Source: Callorhinchus milii (lineage: Eukaryota). Taken from it: DNA of 64,000 bases. The translations under genes and the position numbers were made by a program. Numbering within the stretch: the first letter of the stretch is position 1; each line of letters begins with the position of its first letter. The DNA lies in assembly GCF_018977255.1 (NCBI RefSeq), contig NW_024704743.1, forward strand, positions 53,384,001 through 53,448,000. Direction: 5' to 3'. The notes below the pieces were generated by a model that worked only from the letters and a program-made list of their open reading frames with translations, searched no databases and had not been told where the DNA came from. Shown here piece after piece: positions 12,074 to 26,987 of the stretch.

Positions 12074-14334
12074 GTTGCACATTCTATTAATTTGCACGAT
12101 TAGCATTGTATTGACACTAAAGTTGGCCAATAGCAGCTGCACATCTCACAGAGTGTGGGGGCGGAGGGAGTGGATGGGGCTACTTGTGGTCGCACATATC
12201 ACACACACGCCACATATGAGAAATGCTGGTTTGGCATATTTATACCAAAGAACACCACTCAATTCTTCAGTACTTAATTGTGCAAGCAAAATGTTTTAAG
12301 AATAGACGCAGCTTTAAAAATGTAGTGAATCTGCAGAAGTTACTGCATGTATCAAAATTCAGGATTTTTTCGTTTGAGTCTAATGACAAATTGCATTTAG
12401 TTTGTGTCGATCTGATTCATATGAAAATTGTGCCTCAGGAAACTTCTAATTTGGTATGCTTCTAATTTTGTAACATCATAATATTGTTTGCATCAATGTT
12501 TGTTTGTGTGAATACTGCTTTCTGTCATTTAAAACAGGGCCATAATTTAACTCAGAATATCTAAATTGTAATCTACACAATCTTAATTTGTTGTCAGAAT
12601 TTAGTTGTTTACCTACACCTTTTGGTATGAAATGTCCCACTGGGTGTTATGAGTTAAATATAGAAGATGGCTGAAATTAAACCAACACCAGTCAACCATC
12701 ACAAAAAATAATTTATTTGGCAAAAAAATGATGTATTTGGATTTGAAATATTTTGAAGTGAATGTTTTAGTCACTTAATGTATGGAAGGTTGGTGTAATT
12801 TATTGTCCTGTTATGTGTAAATATTTTTGATTACTTTAGACTTGTGAATTTCTTAAGGTAGAACCTACAAAATATTGAATACTTTTGGGGATTATCTGTC
12901 CAAATGGTTTCTCCTTGAAATGCTTGTTTCAAATTGTCTAATATCTTAAGTCAGCCAATGTATTGAAAATATTTTGCTTTCTGAATGGGGGTGTGATGAA
13001 AACCTGATTTTGAAGTGCAGTTGAATGAAACTTACTCAGTTGTGCATTCAGTAATTTTGAAATTGCTCTATAGGTATGAAGAATCTTTTTTTAAAAGTTT
13101 AATTTTCAGTGGAGAATTAAATGTTGCTGAGTACAATTCAGCCACCAAAAACTTGTATTTTCTTTTAGAAAGAAGTTACTGGACCATTTTATTTATTTGT
13201 TGTGACACAATTTGATCAGTGACTATTTGAAAAATCTAAACCCATTCAAGAAACTACTGTCTACTTTCTCTGCCATTCATTTCGATTAGGGGGGCTTTAT
13301 TGAAAACTCAGAAGTTGTATTAAGACTAGGTTTTTAAATATAATTGACCACATACTTCCCATATTGTGCCTATTTCTGCAATTTGTCAATGTCTGCTTGC
13401 ATATAGTATTGTGATGCCTGATGATGAAGTGAAGTTCTGAGCAGTTACAACTCTATGTGAAGTTTTGTTTTGGTAGTTTTATTATTTAGCATGAGAATTG
13501 TTTTATTACCATATGTTCTACTTTTTTATGCTCAGAACTTTTAAAACCAACTGTTTTTGTGTTGCAGTCGTAGTCAATCACGTAACAAATTTGATTGCAT
13601 GGGTTTCACTAAACCAGCATTTTAAAAGCCTTTCAAGTTTGTTACCTTTTCAGTTCTGTGAGCACGGCAAGCAGATGTTATTTAAAATTGTTTTGCCACT
13701 TTTAAGCTGCCTTGCCACAAAATAAAGCAATAAAAAAATTGATGCAACCATTTAGAATGGGGCAGACTACACTAATTGACTGATGGCTAAACTGCTTTTT
13801 GTGTTGCTTTATGCATTCACATGCTGTCATTGTGGAGGTTACTATCGTCAAACTGTGCACATTCACAGTCCCGTCAGTGGCAGATGAATCATGAAATGGA
13901 AGATAGTTTGTAAAACAAATTTCTGCAGGATTTTATTGGGTAAGAATCGTTTTCTTAAATAGTGATATTAGTGTGAATCCCTTTATATTGAAAGCAGTAA
14001 GTCCTTTTAGTAGTGACTGTACCCATTTAATCGTATTCCAGATGTGATTTGGGGGTGAACTGTATATGCAGGTGACTAGATAAAGTCGAAGTCTCATGGT
14101 TCTGACTTGCTTTAGTACATGGACAAGACATAACAATAAGCAATAGCGAACAATATGATTTCGGGGTATATATTCTGAGGCTCAACAGTTAACATTATTT
14201 CCTGCAAGTCCAGAGAAGTTCTTCAGGTGCGGTCTGGTAGTCAGCTCCTGGGAATTATCTCTTAAATTCTATTGACGGAAACACTACACACGATTTTTGT
14301 TCAATTTTAATAAATCTATTTGTTCTTTCTACAG

Positions 14335-14383
14335 GAGTCGGAAACTCCAGATCAGGAATATCCCTCCTCACTTACAATGGGAG
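14335..14383 (+). CDS. IGF2BP3: IGF2BP3 coding exon 3 (start of RRM2), (R)SRKLQIRNIPPHLQWE
   Basis: Acceptor ttctttctacag, donor GAG|gtaagc; 49 nt; translation matches IGF2BP RKLQIRNIPPHLQWE. Exons 1-2 lie upstream of the window. Confidence 0.95.
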
Positions 14384-15451
14384 GTAAGCAAATCTGTATT
14401 CTTTATACATTTCCTCTTTTCCTTCTTTAGAGAGTATTAAGAGGAAATGTTAAACCAAGTTGAATCTTCATGGTCAGATTTCCTTTCCCCATGATTTTTA
14501 ATAACTTGATTATTTCAGTGTCATTAATTCCTCTCATTTACAAAAAGTTCTACATGTCTCTTCTTCATATTATCAACATATTATGTAAAGTGTTGGCTGT
14601 GTTTGGACTGATAAAATGCTGATTTCTAAACTTGATTGAATTGGATATTATTGGAAGTAACTTGTTACGTAAATGTTTAGTACTTTACCCCTGTGCCCAA
14701 TACAATAAAATATCTGTAACTTTTGCTTGGAAGAAAGAGCAGAATTATTTAGTTGATATTCTTTCGCTCCTGGTGCCTAGACTGGTGGAAGCATAATCTT
14801 GTAAAGATTTTGAGTGACTTGTCTCAATCCAATTGCTGAGAGAGTCTGCAGCCGAATACTTTCTATAATTGTGAATCTTACACATCAAGTGAAGGTGTTG
14901 TGGAGAATAGACAAGTCAGAAGAAAAAACAGGCAGACTGAGGTTGGAATATTTGTTATATGCAGAGAACACAGGATAATGTATTGGAATTTAGGCATGAA
15001 ATTTGTTACTTCCATCTCATGAGGACAGCAATGTTGTCCACGTCAGAAGGTCGGATTTCTTGGCAGTGAAGTTTGAACAAACACAATATAATCTGTGTAT
15101 AGAAAGATTGAATGCTTATAGACAAAGTACTTGAACTGAAGGATGTGCACCCATGACTGTTCAAGGAGATGGGGAATTAAACGGGAGAGGTTTTAACAAT
15201 TTTTTTTTGTAAGTTTTCCGTATTTTAGCAAATGTTTGTAAGAATTACAATTGAGCAATTAACATCTTTTTTTAATAAAGGATTGAGACCAAATTGCAAT
15301 GCACAGTTTTGTAGGTTAAAAACATTGGAAACTGTTCAAGTGAGGAAGAATGATGCATTCCAGTTTGGGGGGGAAAAAAAAACTCCTTGGAAACTGAGCC
15401 AGTAGATGCAGTTTACTCTTTCGGAACAGCTACAACTTAGATATAAGAATT

Positions 15452-16105
15452 ATAATCCTTAGATTTGGTATGGTGATTTTTACTTCGGTAGGACATCTAA
15501 AGTACTTCACGGGATATACTGTAAAGTGTGGCGACTGTGTGCTTTCTGGGCAAAAGGGGCAGCCAAATTGTGTACTGCAATGTCCCACAAACAGCCATGA
15601 AGTGAATGACCAATTTTATTTGGGGATTTACTGGCCAGTACACTGGGAAAAATCCCTTCCCTTTTCGAATAATGCCATGGGATCTTTAACACCCACCCGA
15701 ACATGCAAACTGATCAATGTCTCATCTGAAAGACAGCACCTGCATCAATGCAGTTACACACCCAGCACTGCCTCCAAACAGCCTTCTCTCTTTAATGAAG
15801 AGATTGTTTGACCACAAAATATACACAGCAAAGCACTTAAAGTATTCTGGGAAGTGCTTTCACACGTTTCATTGATATGATAAAGCTCTATATCAAATGC
15901 AAAAAGTATTATTGATGTACACTTGGAACAAGCAGACGAGACATTCTTTAATATCTCATTCGACGAAAGGCACTTCTGATAATGCAGTGCTCCACCAGCA
16001 CTGAGTGGGAGTGGCAAGTCTAGACTATAAACTCAAAATCCTGGTTTGGAGTTTGAACACACAACCTTCTGATTTCAGAGGGATTGCTACCAACTGAGCC
16101 ACTCA
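15452..16105 (-). mobile_element. Two adjacent Deu-SINE remnants
   Basis: gtcccacaaacagccatgaagtgaatgacc, gccatgggatctttaac, and head gctaccaactgagcc. Confidence 0.7.
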
Positions 16106-16779
16106 AGTGTCGCACAATTTTTCCAGCCAAGGTGTGTCCACCAGGTGGTGTACAAAACTAGCTATAAAACCAACTACAGTCACTGTTTTCTTTCTCAGTT
16201 ATCTTTTACAAGCTGATCTTTACCAATGCTGCCTTAATGCATCTGTTTGGAGCACAAAAGCAACCATGAATGCCTGGTCCACTTGCTCTTCACCCAGAAA
16301 AGAAATTGTTAGTCGTTTGGGTGGAAAATATGAGTGTTCATTTTTAGGCTAGTAATTTACCTTGCAAACGACATATAAATTTGATCCTTAGTTTTACTAT
16401 ATTTTTTGAATCCTACATTAGCTATAAGAATTGACAACTTCACATTACTATTTCTCCACTAAATTTCTTTCCTCTCTTTCTGAAGGCTTGTTGACTCTTT
16501 CCTTCTGAGGTAGTGGCACAACTTGCCCAAGTTGTGCAACTGTACATGTGCTAGTCTTGACGATGAAATCCAGATGCTGTTTGACCACAGAACTCCCAGG
16601 GAAAAACCTAATCCTAATATTATTTAAAAGAATGCATGCTTGTGCTGGAAGCAAATATCCTGGGTGTTCTTTTTCTCTTAAGCACCTGCCCAACCAGGAC
16701 ACTGTGTCAGTGTACAAGCTGATTCTGAACCTACCCATCCAATTTTGCTTTCATACTAATTGGACAAAGTTACAAAAGA

Positions 16780-16990
16780 ATATACATTTATATAGCACCT
16801 TTCACATTGGGAGGAGATCTCAAAGCTCTTCACAAGTACTGGACGGGGATGTGAGCTGGCCGCTGGAGGTGGGGAGGAGAAAGGTGACCAAAAGCACAGT
16901 CTAAGCGATATGTTTTGAGACGTGCCTTGAAAGAGAGTTGCGAGAAAATGAGTCGCAGGGACTCCGGCAAGAAATTCCGGAGAACTTGCT
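16780..16990 (-). mobile_element. L2 3' fragment
   Basis: atttatatagcacctttcac... tail followed by the reverse complement of the L2 C-terminal region. Confidence 0.65.
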
Positions 16991-19900
16991 TGGTTTTTTG
17001 GTCGCTTTGACAAACTTTTTGTCTTTGTTCTCTTTGTTTGCTGTTTGGTGGTTCCTGATATTGAGCCTTTTAAACCCTTCATTGTAGGGAAATTAGGGTA
17101 CACAAGCCAATGTTAGCCTAGGAGTACTGACTTAGTTTTTTTTGCATAATAAAAAAGTAAATTAAACTGAATGTTTATTTCAGATCAATTTAGGGTTCAG
17201 AATTCAGTTTGATTCTTTCCTGCAGGAAGTTTTGGAAATGTTTCTTTTGTCTTTGTCAGGTGATGTCAGAAAACATGAGTTTGCTCCACTTTATTGGAGA
17301 AAATGTGTAGCCGATGCAGTAGATTAGCAAAGCAGGATGTGAGTTCATCTCTGATTCCTAGACGTGAAGTTGCCCTTCTCAACAACCATTAACGTGTTTG
17401 AATTAAGGTATTGTGGGTGTAGTACATTTTAGACTAGCTGTTCATTTTTATTTAATATCCACTGCAGATGGGCCAAGTAAATGTCACGTGCGCTTTTGCT
17501 CCCTGTCTCTTCTGTTTCCTTTTGTTCTCTTCCACCCCCCCCCCCCCCCCACCCCACCATCCCCGGAAGCTAAATTCTTCCTGAACTGCAATTGAACACG
17601 TCCCAGCAACAGTTCACAGTGATACGTTGTGATCTGTTATGGGTCAAAAAGATGTTTGGTGTACTTAATGAACGACTGCGTGGTGGAAGAACCTGGAATC
17701 TGAACACTAAAGGCAATCCGAAGCATAATGGAGCGGGTCTAACAAATTTGAACAGTTCTGTTCATTTGAGGCCTTCAAATTGTACTTTTTCTACATCCAA
17801 ACATAGATAATCTGCATTGGAGGCTACAAGTAGGATAATTTAAACATATGCTTGGCATTTTTAAGTTCAACTTTCAGAAGGAAGAAGTGGACAAGTGTGC
17901 ATGTACTTAAATAGGGTAGAATCTGAGAGGTCCTGAAGTGCTAGTACCGCAAGAGCAGGAGTGGAGCGACAGAGTTGGCACAGTGCCTCTGACATGTGTG
18001 CAGTAGCTGGATTACCTTTGATTACACTCCCAATGAGGCTTGTTTGAAACAGCAAAAGGCTGTGTCAGACTTGAAGTTGCCAAGATTCAGTCTTGTAGAT
18101 TTAATATATGGCCCGTTAAATTATTTCTTCATTGTTAATAATGGGATACTGAAAATGCTTTTCATTCAACTCAGCAAACATAGCCTCCTCATCTGCTTGA
18201 AAAGCAAATATCGCTGCTTCAAATAGCAAAAAAAAGTTGTTTTAATTTTAACTTGCTTATTTTCTGAAAACGTGTCAACATTTTAAAGATCTCAGCTTGG
18301 CTCAGTTGATAACATGGTTGTGGGTTTATGACCTACATTGAGGCTTTGAATTCATAGTCTAGGCTCACGGTCCAATATGGGAGTGCTGCATTGTCAGAAG
18401 TGCCATTTTTCAAATGAAATATTAAACTGAAGTCTCGTCTGCCTGGCATAGTTGGTAGCATTCCCGCCTTGGAGTTGAAAGGTATTCATTCAAAGCCTCC
18501 TTTGGAATTTTGAGCTTACAGTTCAGACTGACACTCCAGTGCAATATTGAGAGAAGCACTGTATCGTCTGAGGCATAGATAAGGCATTATACCAATGTCC
18601 CATCCGCCAGTTCGGGTTGAAGCACCTGAGCTGAAGATGGAAGCCGAGGGGTTTGGGGAATGGAATGATAATCAAAAGTGCAATCAAAGATGTATCTTTT
18701 AAGTTATGTCTTGAAAGAGGGTAAGGGGGGAGAGAGTTGGAGGGACTCTGGAATAGAGTTACAGAAGCAGGGGCAGAATGGCTGAAAGCCCATCTAGTGA
18801 ATGTCAGGCAGATCGTTAGGTGGAGAGAGCAGGGGACATGAACCCGGCTGGTGTTCATGGAGTGAAGGAAGCAGTCGGAACTATGCTTAAACTGAACTGA
18901 AACTTCCAAAATGGGGCTTGAACGCAAAGCCTTCTGACCCAGAGTTGAGCGTGTTACCAACTGAGCCAGGATGACATCCATGTTATAACTGCCGTAAAAA
19001 AAACTGGGTGCCGGCCTGGCTTCCAGATTATTAGGTTATTTCAGCCAATGCTTCAAATGCAACCTGCCCAGCTTTGCTGGCAGCTGTGACTGGTCTTGCG
19101 AATGTTTGAGCCACGCAATGCTGGGAGCCAAAAGTATACGGCACTTCAATAATGACCTATCCACAGGAGACCTAGGTTATAAATGGACTCAGAACTAGAG
19201 TGAGGGCTTTATAACATGTACCCCTGCATAGGGGGGTGTATCTTCATTGAACAAGACAATTGCTGTATGTTTTGAACTTATTTTCCAGGGAAAGTCCTGT
19301 AAAAGTAGATTTTCAGAAGCACATGTTCCGTAATGATGCAATTGCTGAACAATGCAGTGCTGCTGTATTGAACAAATGTCCATGTACTGGGGGATGCTGG
19401 TCTACTTAAAACTGTTTGAAACTAGATATTTCCCAGTGATTATGGAAATGGTTGATTTACAACAATAACATGCAGTTATACAGCACACTTCACACGAGTA
19501 GCATCCAGGAACACTTCAATCAGAATGATTTAGAACTTAGTTTATGTATATATTATGCTCTAGCCTGATCTTGAAAAAATTATTTTGAATTTACTTCAAG
19601 TTGCTGTTAATTGAATGCCCCTGAAGCATTAATAAGTGTATCTGAAAATTAAAACTAGCTCATATTATAGCAGTTTTTTTCTTACCTTCACAACTTAGCA
19701 AATGGTAACAATACTGTATGTAAAGTACACTTAATTGGATCTTGTCGCAAAGATATGCAATTGCTTGGGATGTGTTATTTACTCAGCGTTCTGTGTGTAT
19801 GATGCGGCCAAATAGTTGGACTGAAATATTTATAAATATTCTTCCAAAATATGCTGAGCAGAGTGGAAGGATTGAATAGCTAGGACAATATATTGGCTAC

Positions 19901-21414
19901 AAAGTTGCACATCCAAAGCCAAGATTTTAACGTAGTTTCAGTGGGTAAGGCGCCAAAGCTAAATTGACCTCATAGCTTCTGTAAAGCTGCCCTTAACTAA
20001 TGGTCACAATTTAATCCCAGTCAAGTGCTCGCCTGAAGTCTGTTTCAAAGCTGTATAAAGATTTGAATTTTTCTTTTTGTGTTCTTTTGCCAATTCCCAT
20101 TATTTGTGGAATGGAAATGGTTATCGACCATCATGGAATTACAAGGGAAATCCTATATTATGTGGGTCAGCTATAAATGGATGGTGTAGGAAATGGCAAG
20201 CGTTCTGAGCAAAAGGTGTGGTTCCTGGGAGGTATTACATTTGTTGGCAGAGAATGGAAGTAATTTCAGGTGTCCATCTGCTCTTGGATACATTTAGGTC
20301 ATTTTCTACAAATGCTTAAGCGGAATGCCGCTATGTGGAAAATACACTGGTGGTCAGTAATCTTGAGGCATAAAAACATTCCAGAACAGTTTCCAAATGC
20401 CTCCAATGATGGATAATGGTGTAAGGGATTTCTGCTGCAGTAATAGTATCATTGGTGATATGACTGGGATAATGCTGCCTCTGGGGTGGCAAATTTTGTG
20501 TTAATCAAAACAAATGCAATGGAAATGTCAAACTGCTTTGAGACTTTGCAATGGCTGCTCCCCTTAACTTTTTTCTGGGTGCAACCAAATCATTTGTGTG
20601 TCAGTGGTTTTGAGTCTGCACTTCCAATTTTTAATCGTGATTTTAAATTGTTTTCCACTAAGCAAATCTTTGTACTTTATTTCCAAGCCACCATCGAGCC
20701 ACTAGAATATTTTAGCTGATGGTTTCATTTATAGCCTTGTGGCTCACTGTGCCCCAGTAGAGATCGAGCTTGACAAAAATGGACTAAATGTTGCCAGATT
20801 GTGCAATGATGAGGCTTGCTGGGCTAGAAATTCCTTGAGTTGGGTTGCATTGCAATGGAATGCATTAATTTGAAGCAGCCGGGAGTCTGTCAACTTAACT
20901 TTTAGTTTATCTTGGTATGTGGGGGTGGGGGAGTGGGGAGGGAGGAAGAGAGCAATGGGGAAAATGGGAGTAAGCACTGAGATTACTTGGGAACTTTCCT
21001 GGCATCATCCTGATTAGTCTTTGCACACTATTAATTAAGCAATCAGTGCGATTATTCTGCTGGTGTGGAGTGGTGAATTTGGTAGTTCTTATTCACACTT
21101 CTATCAGAAAGGGACAGTTTAGGCAATCAGTTGAAGCACTGCAGTAGAGCTTCAACAAATGTAAAGACATTGGTCTATCTCAGGTATTGTATTTAAGAGC
21201 CTAACCAAGAAGGTGGTTATTTAATCTTTGAAAAGTTCACACAATCAGTTTGGATGAAGAAAGCCCTTCCATCATATAATCTATGGTAAGATCTTATCCC
21301 TCCAGAATACGCACCCTACCATTCTCTTCTCTCAGCATCAATCTACCTTTTTAAATTTGTCCAGTATCCTGGCCTAACCATCCTTCCTTTAACACTCACC
21401 ACTCAAGCGATTGA

Positions 21415-21548
21415 TTCCCGTTCGATTCCCGGGCAAGGCGAAATGTTGGGCAAGTTTCCTTACTCCACACACCTCTGTTTACCTTGCAGTAAGTAGGAAC
21501 CCAGTTGTTAGTCAATTGGCGGATCGCTTATTCCAGGGATAATAATAA
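21415..21548 (+). mobile_element. SINE fragment (B box to mid-body)
   Basis: ttcgattcccgggcaaggcgaaatgttgggcaagtttccttactccacac matches 49890-49990. Confidence 0.75.
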
Positions 21549-22295
21549 GTCAAGTACATAATGACTATTAACGGAGAATTAAACAAATACTTGAAGGAAA
21601 TATTAAAGCTATGGGGAAAGAGGAGAAGAATGACAAAAGTAAATAGCAGTAGTGTGGGAAAGCTGGTACCAGTGCAGCTGTGATGGGACAAATGATCTGT
21701 TCTGTAAACTTTCTCTAATAGTGTAGACAGGATCTACACTTACAGATTGAACCAGCTGTGGCATGGTATGCCTCTGATCGATGGAACCAACTTAATCAAC
21801 AAAAATCTAACTTAACCCTTTCTACCAGTGCAGACGCCACTACCAGCCCAGTTCTGGCTAATCTTTCAAAAGTTTGCCTTTGATAGGGTACAGAGGCAAG
21901 CGACCGATAATACTAAACAGAAAAAACATTGGTGCCAAACCCATAACCACAACTAAGTGGGTGTGTCACTTCAGCTGTCCTACCCCCAATTGCAAATATT
22001 TTAATCAGACCCTTTCTCCCATTTCTTGTTTTTATGTGGTTGCATCCTGTTGGTTGTCTTTGGAGGGAAATACAGCTTTTCATGTATATTTTCATGAAGG
22101 CAGCCTTTGGCCAACAGTATACATCATCTTGCGGGGTTTGATTGTTGTATCAAATTGTATTTGAATCCCTGTGAAAGCTTTTCTTCTGATGTGAAAAGTA
22201 CTATATCAAATGCAAGTCTGATGATGATTATTATTATTGTTATAAATTTGTATCTTCTACCTTCTATCTTCCCTCAGCTTTTGCTCTGAATGTCT

Positions 22296-23850
22296 CCTCA
22301 TCTTGGGTGTTTTTAACCTCCACTTCATCCTTTTTTGCTTCACCTCTGTTGACTTTTCCTCCTTTCTCTCTTCACAACCTCTCCCAACACATCAACTCCA
22401 CCACTTACATGCGTGTCACCTCCTCAACCTGGTGATTGCCCAGGGCCTCACTGTCTTGGACATCACCATCACTGATAAAACCATCTCTAATTATTACTTC
22501 ATCTCCCTTAACTCATCCCATTCCATGCTACCCAACCCACTTCTAACTCCTAACCCCCCCTTGAAAAATATCCCGCCCCTTCACTGCCCTACAGTCATCT
22601 GAATTCCTTCCCCTCTGGCTCTTACCACAATGACCTTACCTCCTCAATCACCCTCCTTCACATCTTCCCTCTCTGAAATCCTCAATACCCTTGCCCCATC
22701 ACCATCCCACAGTTCTTGAACTCCAGGAAATCCCCCTGGTACACAAGCCATCTCCACTCCCTCAAATCACAGGTGTGTGCTGTAGTTCGAATGTATCTGC
22801 CTCAAATCCAACCTAACAGTCCATCTCTAGATTTGGCTGAACCACACCAATACTATTCACTCCATGCTTGCCTCAGTCAAATCATCACCCTACTCCAGGA
22901 TCTCCTGAAAGTTAAGGACAGCCTCAGGCTCCTCCATCAGAAACCAACCCTGCCCACCTTCCCATGCCCTTCCCATCCTTTCCTTAGGCTCCAAATACGA
23001 GAAGATGATGGATTTTCTCTGGTCCAAAATTGAGAGGATTTGCTCTGCTGCCTCTGTTTGCGCTACTGACAGCCCCTCCCCACCTACCCCTCCTTCAGAC
23101 TCCAACCATCTCTCCTTTCCACATTTTCAACCCCATCTCTCCCTCATTTCTCTCCATCATTTCCTGAATGAAGTCTACCACGTGTTTCCTGGACCTCATC
23201 CCGACCCCTCTCCTGACATCCCAGCTCCACCTCCTTGCCCCCTTGCTAATGGACATAATTTTTTCCTCTTTGTCCACCGGCACAATTCCCACTCATTTCT
23301 AAACAATGCTCCCACAATCCATGCCTGTTCCCTAACTACCATCTTAAACTCCTTTTTCTCTCCAAATTATTGGAATAAGTTATTGCTTTCCTTCTCGTTC
23401 TTTCCTCTCCTCGCCCAGTTTCACTGGCTCTCCACCTCAGAGGGTCATCTTCACTATTAAATTCACTCACAGGCTTACAACCCCTACCTCTGTAACTTTC
23501 TAGAACCCTCCCAACCCATTCTCTCCCTTCGCTCGGTAGGCACTGGTCTACTTCACGTCTCACGCCCTGCTCGTCCAACCATCAGCAATTGGGCCTTCAG
23601 CCTTTTTGATCTTATTCTTTGGAACTCCATCCAGGTATCCATTTGCTTTGCCCTTTCCCTAGCCTCCTTCAAGGTCTGTCTCAAGACCTTCCTCTTTGAC
23701 CATGCCTTCGGTCATCTTCATACCTCCACCCCCTTGGTCCCCACCTCTCTCTAATCTAACCCCTTGCTCTGGCGCAAACCCTTGACTATCCAGCGCTTTG
23801 GGACATCCTCCCAGCATGAAAGACGCCACGCAAATGCAAATTTGTTGTTG
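22296..23850 (+). mobile_element. Older degenerate L2 copy with internal deletion of the RT core
   Basis: Collinear with the 44.5-47.1 kb element (APE end, SPWYT motif, LHWL, AFS..P.LWNS) and ends in the same stem-loop plus ttgttgttg. Confidence 0.85.
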
Positions 23851-26499
23851 TGTCTGAGTAATTTGTAGCTCTTATTGGGATACTAAATTATGTTTACATG
23901 GTAAAATAAATAGTCCTTGCATTCGATATAGTGTTTTTCATCTCAGGAGGACATTTCTGAGTACTTTACACTTTATATACTGTAAAGTGTAATGACTACA
24001 TTTGTAGACAAGTGCAGCAGTCAATTTGTGCACATTGGAATGCACACTCTCTCTGGAGGGACACACTCTCCTTATCCAATTCCAGAGGATATTAGATGCA
24101 GGTTGATGAGAGCCAAGTCTTGGGAACCTCCAGAGTATGCTTTGGGTTACTGCTGGAGTTTAGCCAGCTAAGAATCCATAGCTGGACATTCAGAGCTTGA
24201 TCTGGCAAACTTCCTGCTGCTTGTTCGGCGAGGACCATCTTTGGCTTGCAGATTAACCAGTCATGACTGGGAAACATTCCACCTCCCAGTAATAAAGATA
24301 ATAATATAATAATCTTTGCATTTGATATAGCACCTTATCACGTCATCGAAGTCTCAAAGCGCTTCACAGGATATATTATAAAGTCGATTGACTGTATTTG
24401 GGGGGCTCAGCTAGTGATTGGTTTGCCCTTCCAAGTCCTCTGAGCCAGGCTGGCTGGTTTGTTGTTACCAGTGCCCTGAAAAACTGGTCAGGAAATGGAA
24501 GCCCCAGATCACCACAAAGGGTTGACTCCATTCCAACATTCAAGCACGTCACTTTGAAACCAGTTCAGCTCCAAGGAGACCCTCTTACCTCCTCCCAGAA
24601 GGATTCAAACATTTGTCTTGATAGGGGGCAGAGGCAAGCAACCAAGTTCTGGGTATGAAGAATTTTAATTTTAAAAAGATGCCTTTTTTTCTATAAAGCG
24701 AATGGGAAGATAATTGAAGTATCCACAATTGTTGAGGAGATTGACAGTGGGTGGAGGTAAATTTGCTACAGTAAAGAGTAAAGTTCTAGATGGATCACAT
24801 CAATAATCTGGAAGTTAGGTGGAACTTTTTTAATGCAAAAAAGTGATACTTATGAAATAGTGCCAGTGAAAGCAGACTTGAGGCGCAATTTATGGGTTGT
24901 GTTAACCATGGGTAAATTTATATACAGAGGGGATTACAAGTGATTTTAATTATGTAATTAACCATTGAAAAGGATGACTGATTTATCGGTTAATTACATA
25001 ACTAAGGGCACCTGTAATTTCATTCCTATGTATGTTTATACATAATGATTAGTACAACACGACCTGTAAATTAGCCTTCAGTGTAAATGAGTTTGAGAGC
25101 AATTGAATGCAATTTTGAATGAAGGGATTGACTAATTTGGTGTGAAAGTAGTAAATGGGGTTGAGAATGAAAAGGAAATGGGCTTTTTGAGTCTATAGAA
25201 TTCATGTGTATCTGCGTATCCTTTTAATCTGTATTCAAGCCCTATGCGGAATTGTACTCTTTGAGAGAAAACGTTACAGAAATAGAGTCAGAGTAAATGA
25301 AGGCCTGGTAGTATTGTACTTTAGTTACTCTTGAATGGAAGAGGATTTGGGTTTGCACTGAAGCTAAGTTTTATTTGGCATGATAATCAATTATCCAAAC
25401 TGTCTCCTTATTCTCAACGGGATCAGATCCAATTAGTGCAGATAACTGGCTCTGTCAAATCACTTTGATGATTGAAACATCTTATTTAGCTCGGCATTTT
25501 ACTGAGTATTTGAACTGAGTTGAATGCCATTGCAATACCATCGATTAACATTTTTATAATTAATAATAATCCTTCCAATTGATGTAGCTCCTTGCATGTC
25601 GGGAGAACATCAGAAAGCGCTCATTCAATCACTACTTTGGAGTGTAGTGCCCACATACATTTTTAAATCAGGAAATGGTGTGAAAACATAACAGTAATCA
25701 GTTTCAATAAAACTTTAGAACGGCAATTGGGGAAAATGTTTATGTCTTTTGTATGTGTGCTGCGACTAGTTTGCAGTCAGGTATGTGGTAGAATTCTTTC
25801 AATTCCATAAATAAGATCTAGATCTAAGTATTTCCTGAATGATGACACAATCCCCTTGTGTTGTTTTGTTGGTCATTCTGCCAGAAATCTTAGCTGGTCA
25901 TTTTGATATCCATAAATTTAGAATGGGTCACGCCAGGATCTGGCTAAGCATTCATAAGGCAATTAAATCTATTGCTGATTCAGTGAAGAGGGCTTTGATT
26001 TTGGGATTGGAAAGCTATTAAAAATGGTCGGGCTTGGATGATGGAGTGAATTGGATAGGAACACATTTGCTTGTTCCAATTTATTTAATCTAATGCAGAC
26101 CTGCTTCAGACTATATCACAGGCTGAGATGTGAAGCTCTGTATTCAGGGTTATTGGAACTTGTGGTCATGCTCTAAAACTACATATTTTTTTCCCTCTGT
26201 AATATTTCTTTCCCTCCAGTTTTTTTTTAAAAAAAGACTTATTGGCCAGTTTCCAAGTCTGCAATCCATACAGGGAATAGTTTTGTTAAGCGGTGTGATA
26301 CATCACCACTCCTCAACATGTCAGCGAACTGGCTGACCAAAGAAAAACTCAGATTTGAGGTGCATGTTCTTGCAATATTTGTTACAAGGGTTAGTGAGTT
26401 TCATGCCAATCTGGCTGGTGTGTATTGTGTGATTTGCCAAGCTGCCCATGTGCGCGTGAGTCATGCCTGGGTGGGTGGGGTGTGACACACACTTAGCTG

Positions 26500-26928
26500 C
26501 GCATGTGTAAGGGTGTCTAGACTGATATTTCAATGCAATGGTGGTTGAGTGTTGCACTGTTACGAGTCCGTTCTTCAGATGACATGTCAAGCCTATGTCT
26601 TGGAACATCTTCCTGTTCAGGTGTATGTTAAAGATCCCATGAATGCAGATACGCACTCAGCTTTCATATTGTATTCAGAAACTGGAAAGGTTATTAGACT
26701 CAAGCAGCCCATCTATTCAAAAAGCAAAGGGTGTTTCTCCCAGTGTTGAGGCTCACAATCCCCAAACAAAATTGGTCATTCATTTCAAAGCTGTTTGTGG
26801 GACTTTACTGTGTGCCACAATCATCTACAAAATATAGACATTGTTTCTTTACATTGTTTCTCAAAGCAATATGAAGCGCTTTGAGATCTCCCAATGTGAA
26901 AGGCGTATCAAATACAAGGATTATTACA
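26500..26928 (+). mobile_element. Older Deu-domain SINE
   Basis: gttaaagatcccatg, ttggtcattcatttcaaagctgtttgtgggac, tail gcgtatcaaatacaaggattatt. Confidence 0.75.
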
Positions 26929-26987
26929 ACATCCATGTTGTAACCCAATCCAGATAAGTCAACTCGCAGATTGTCAGCATGTGAATA

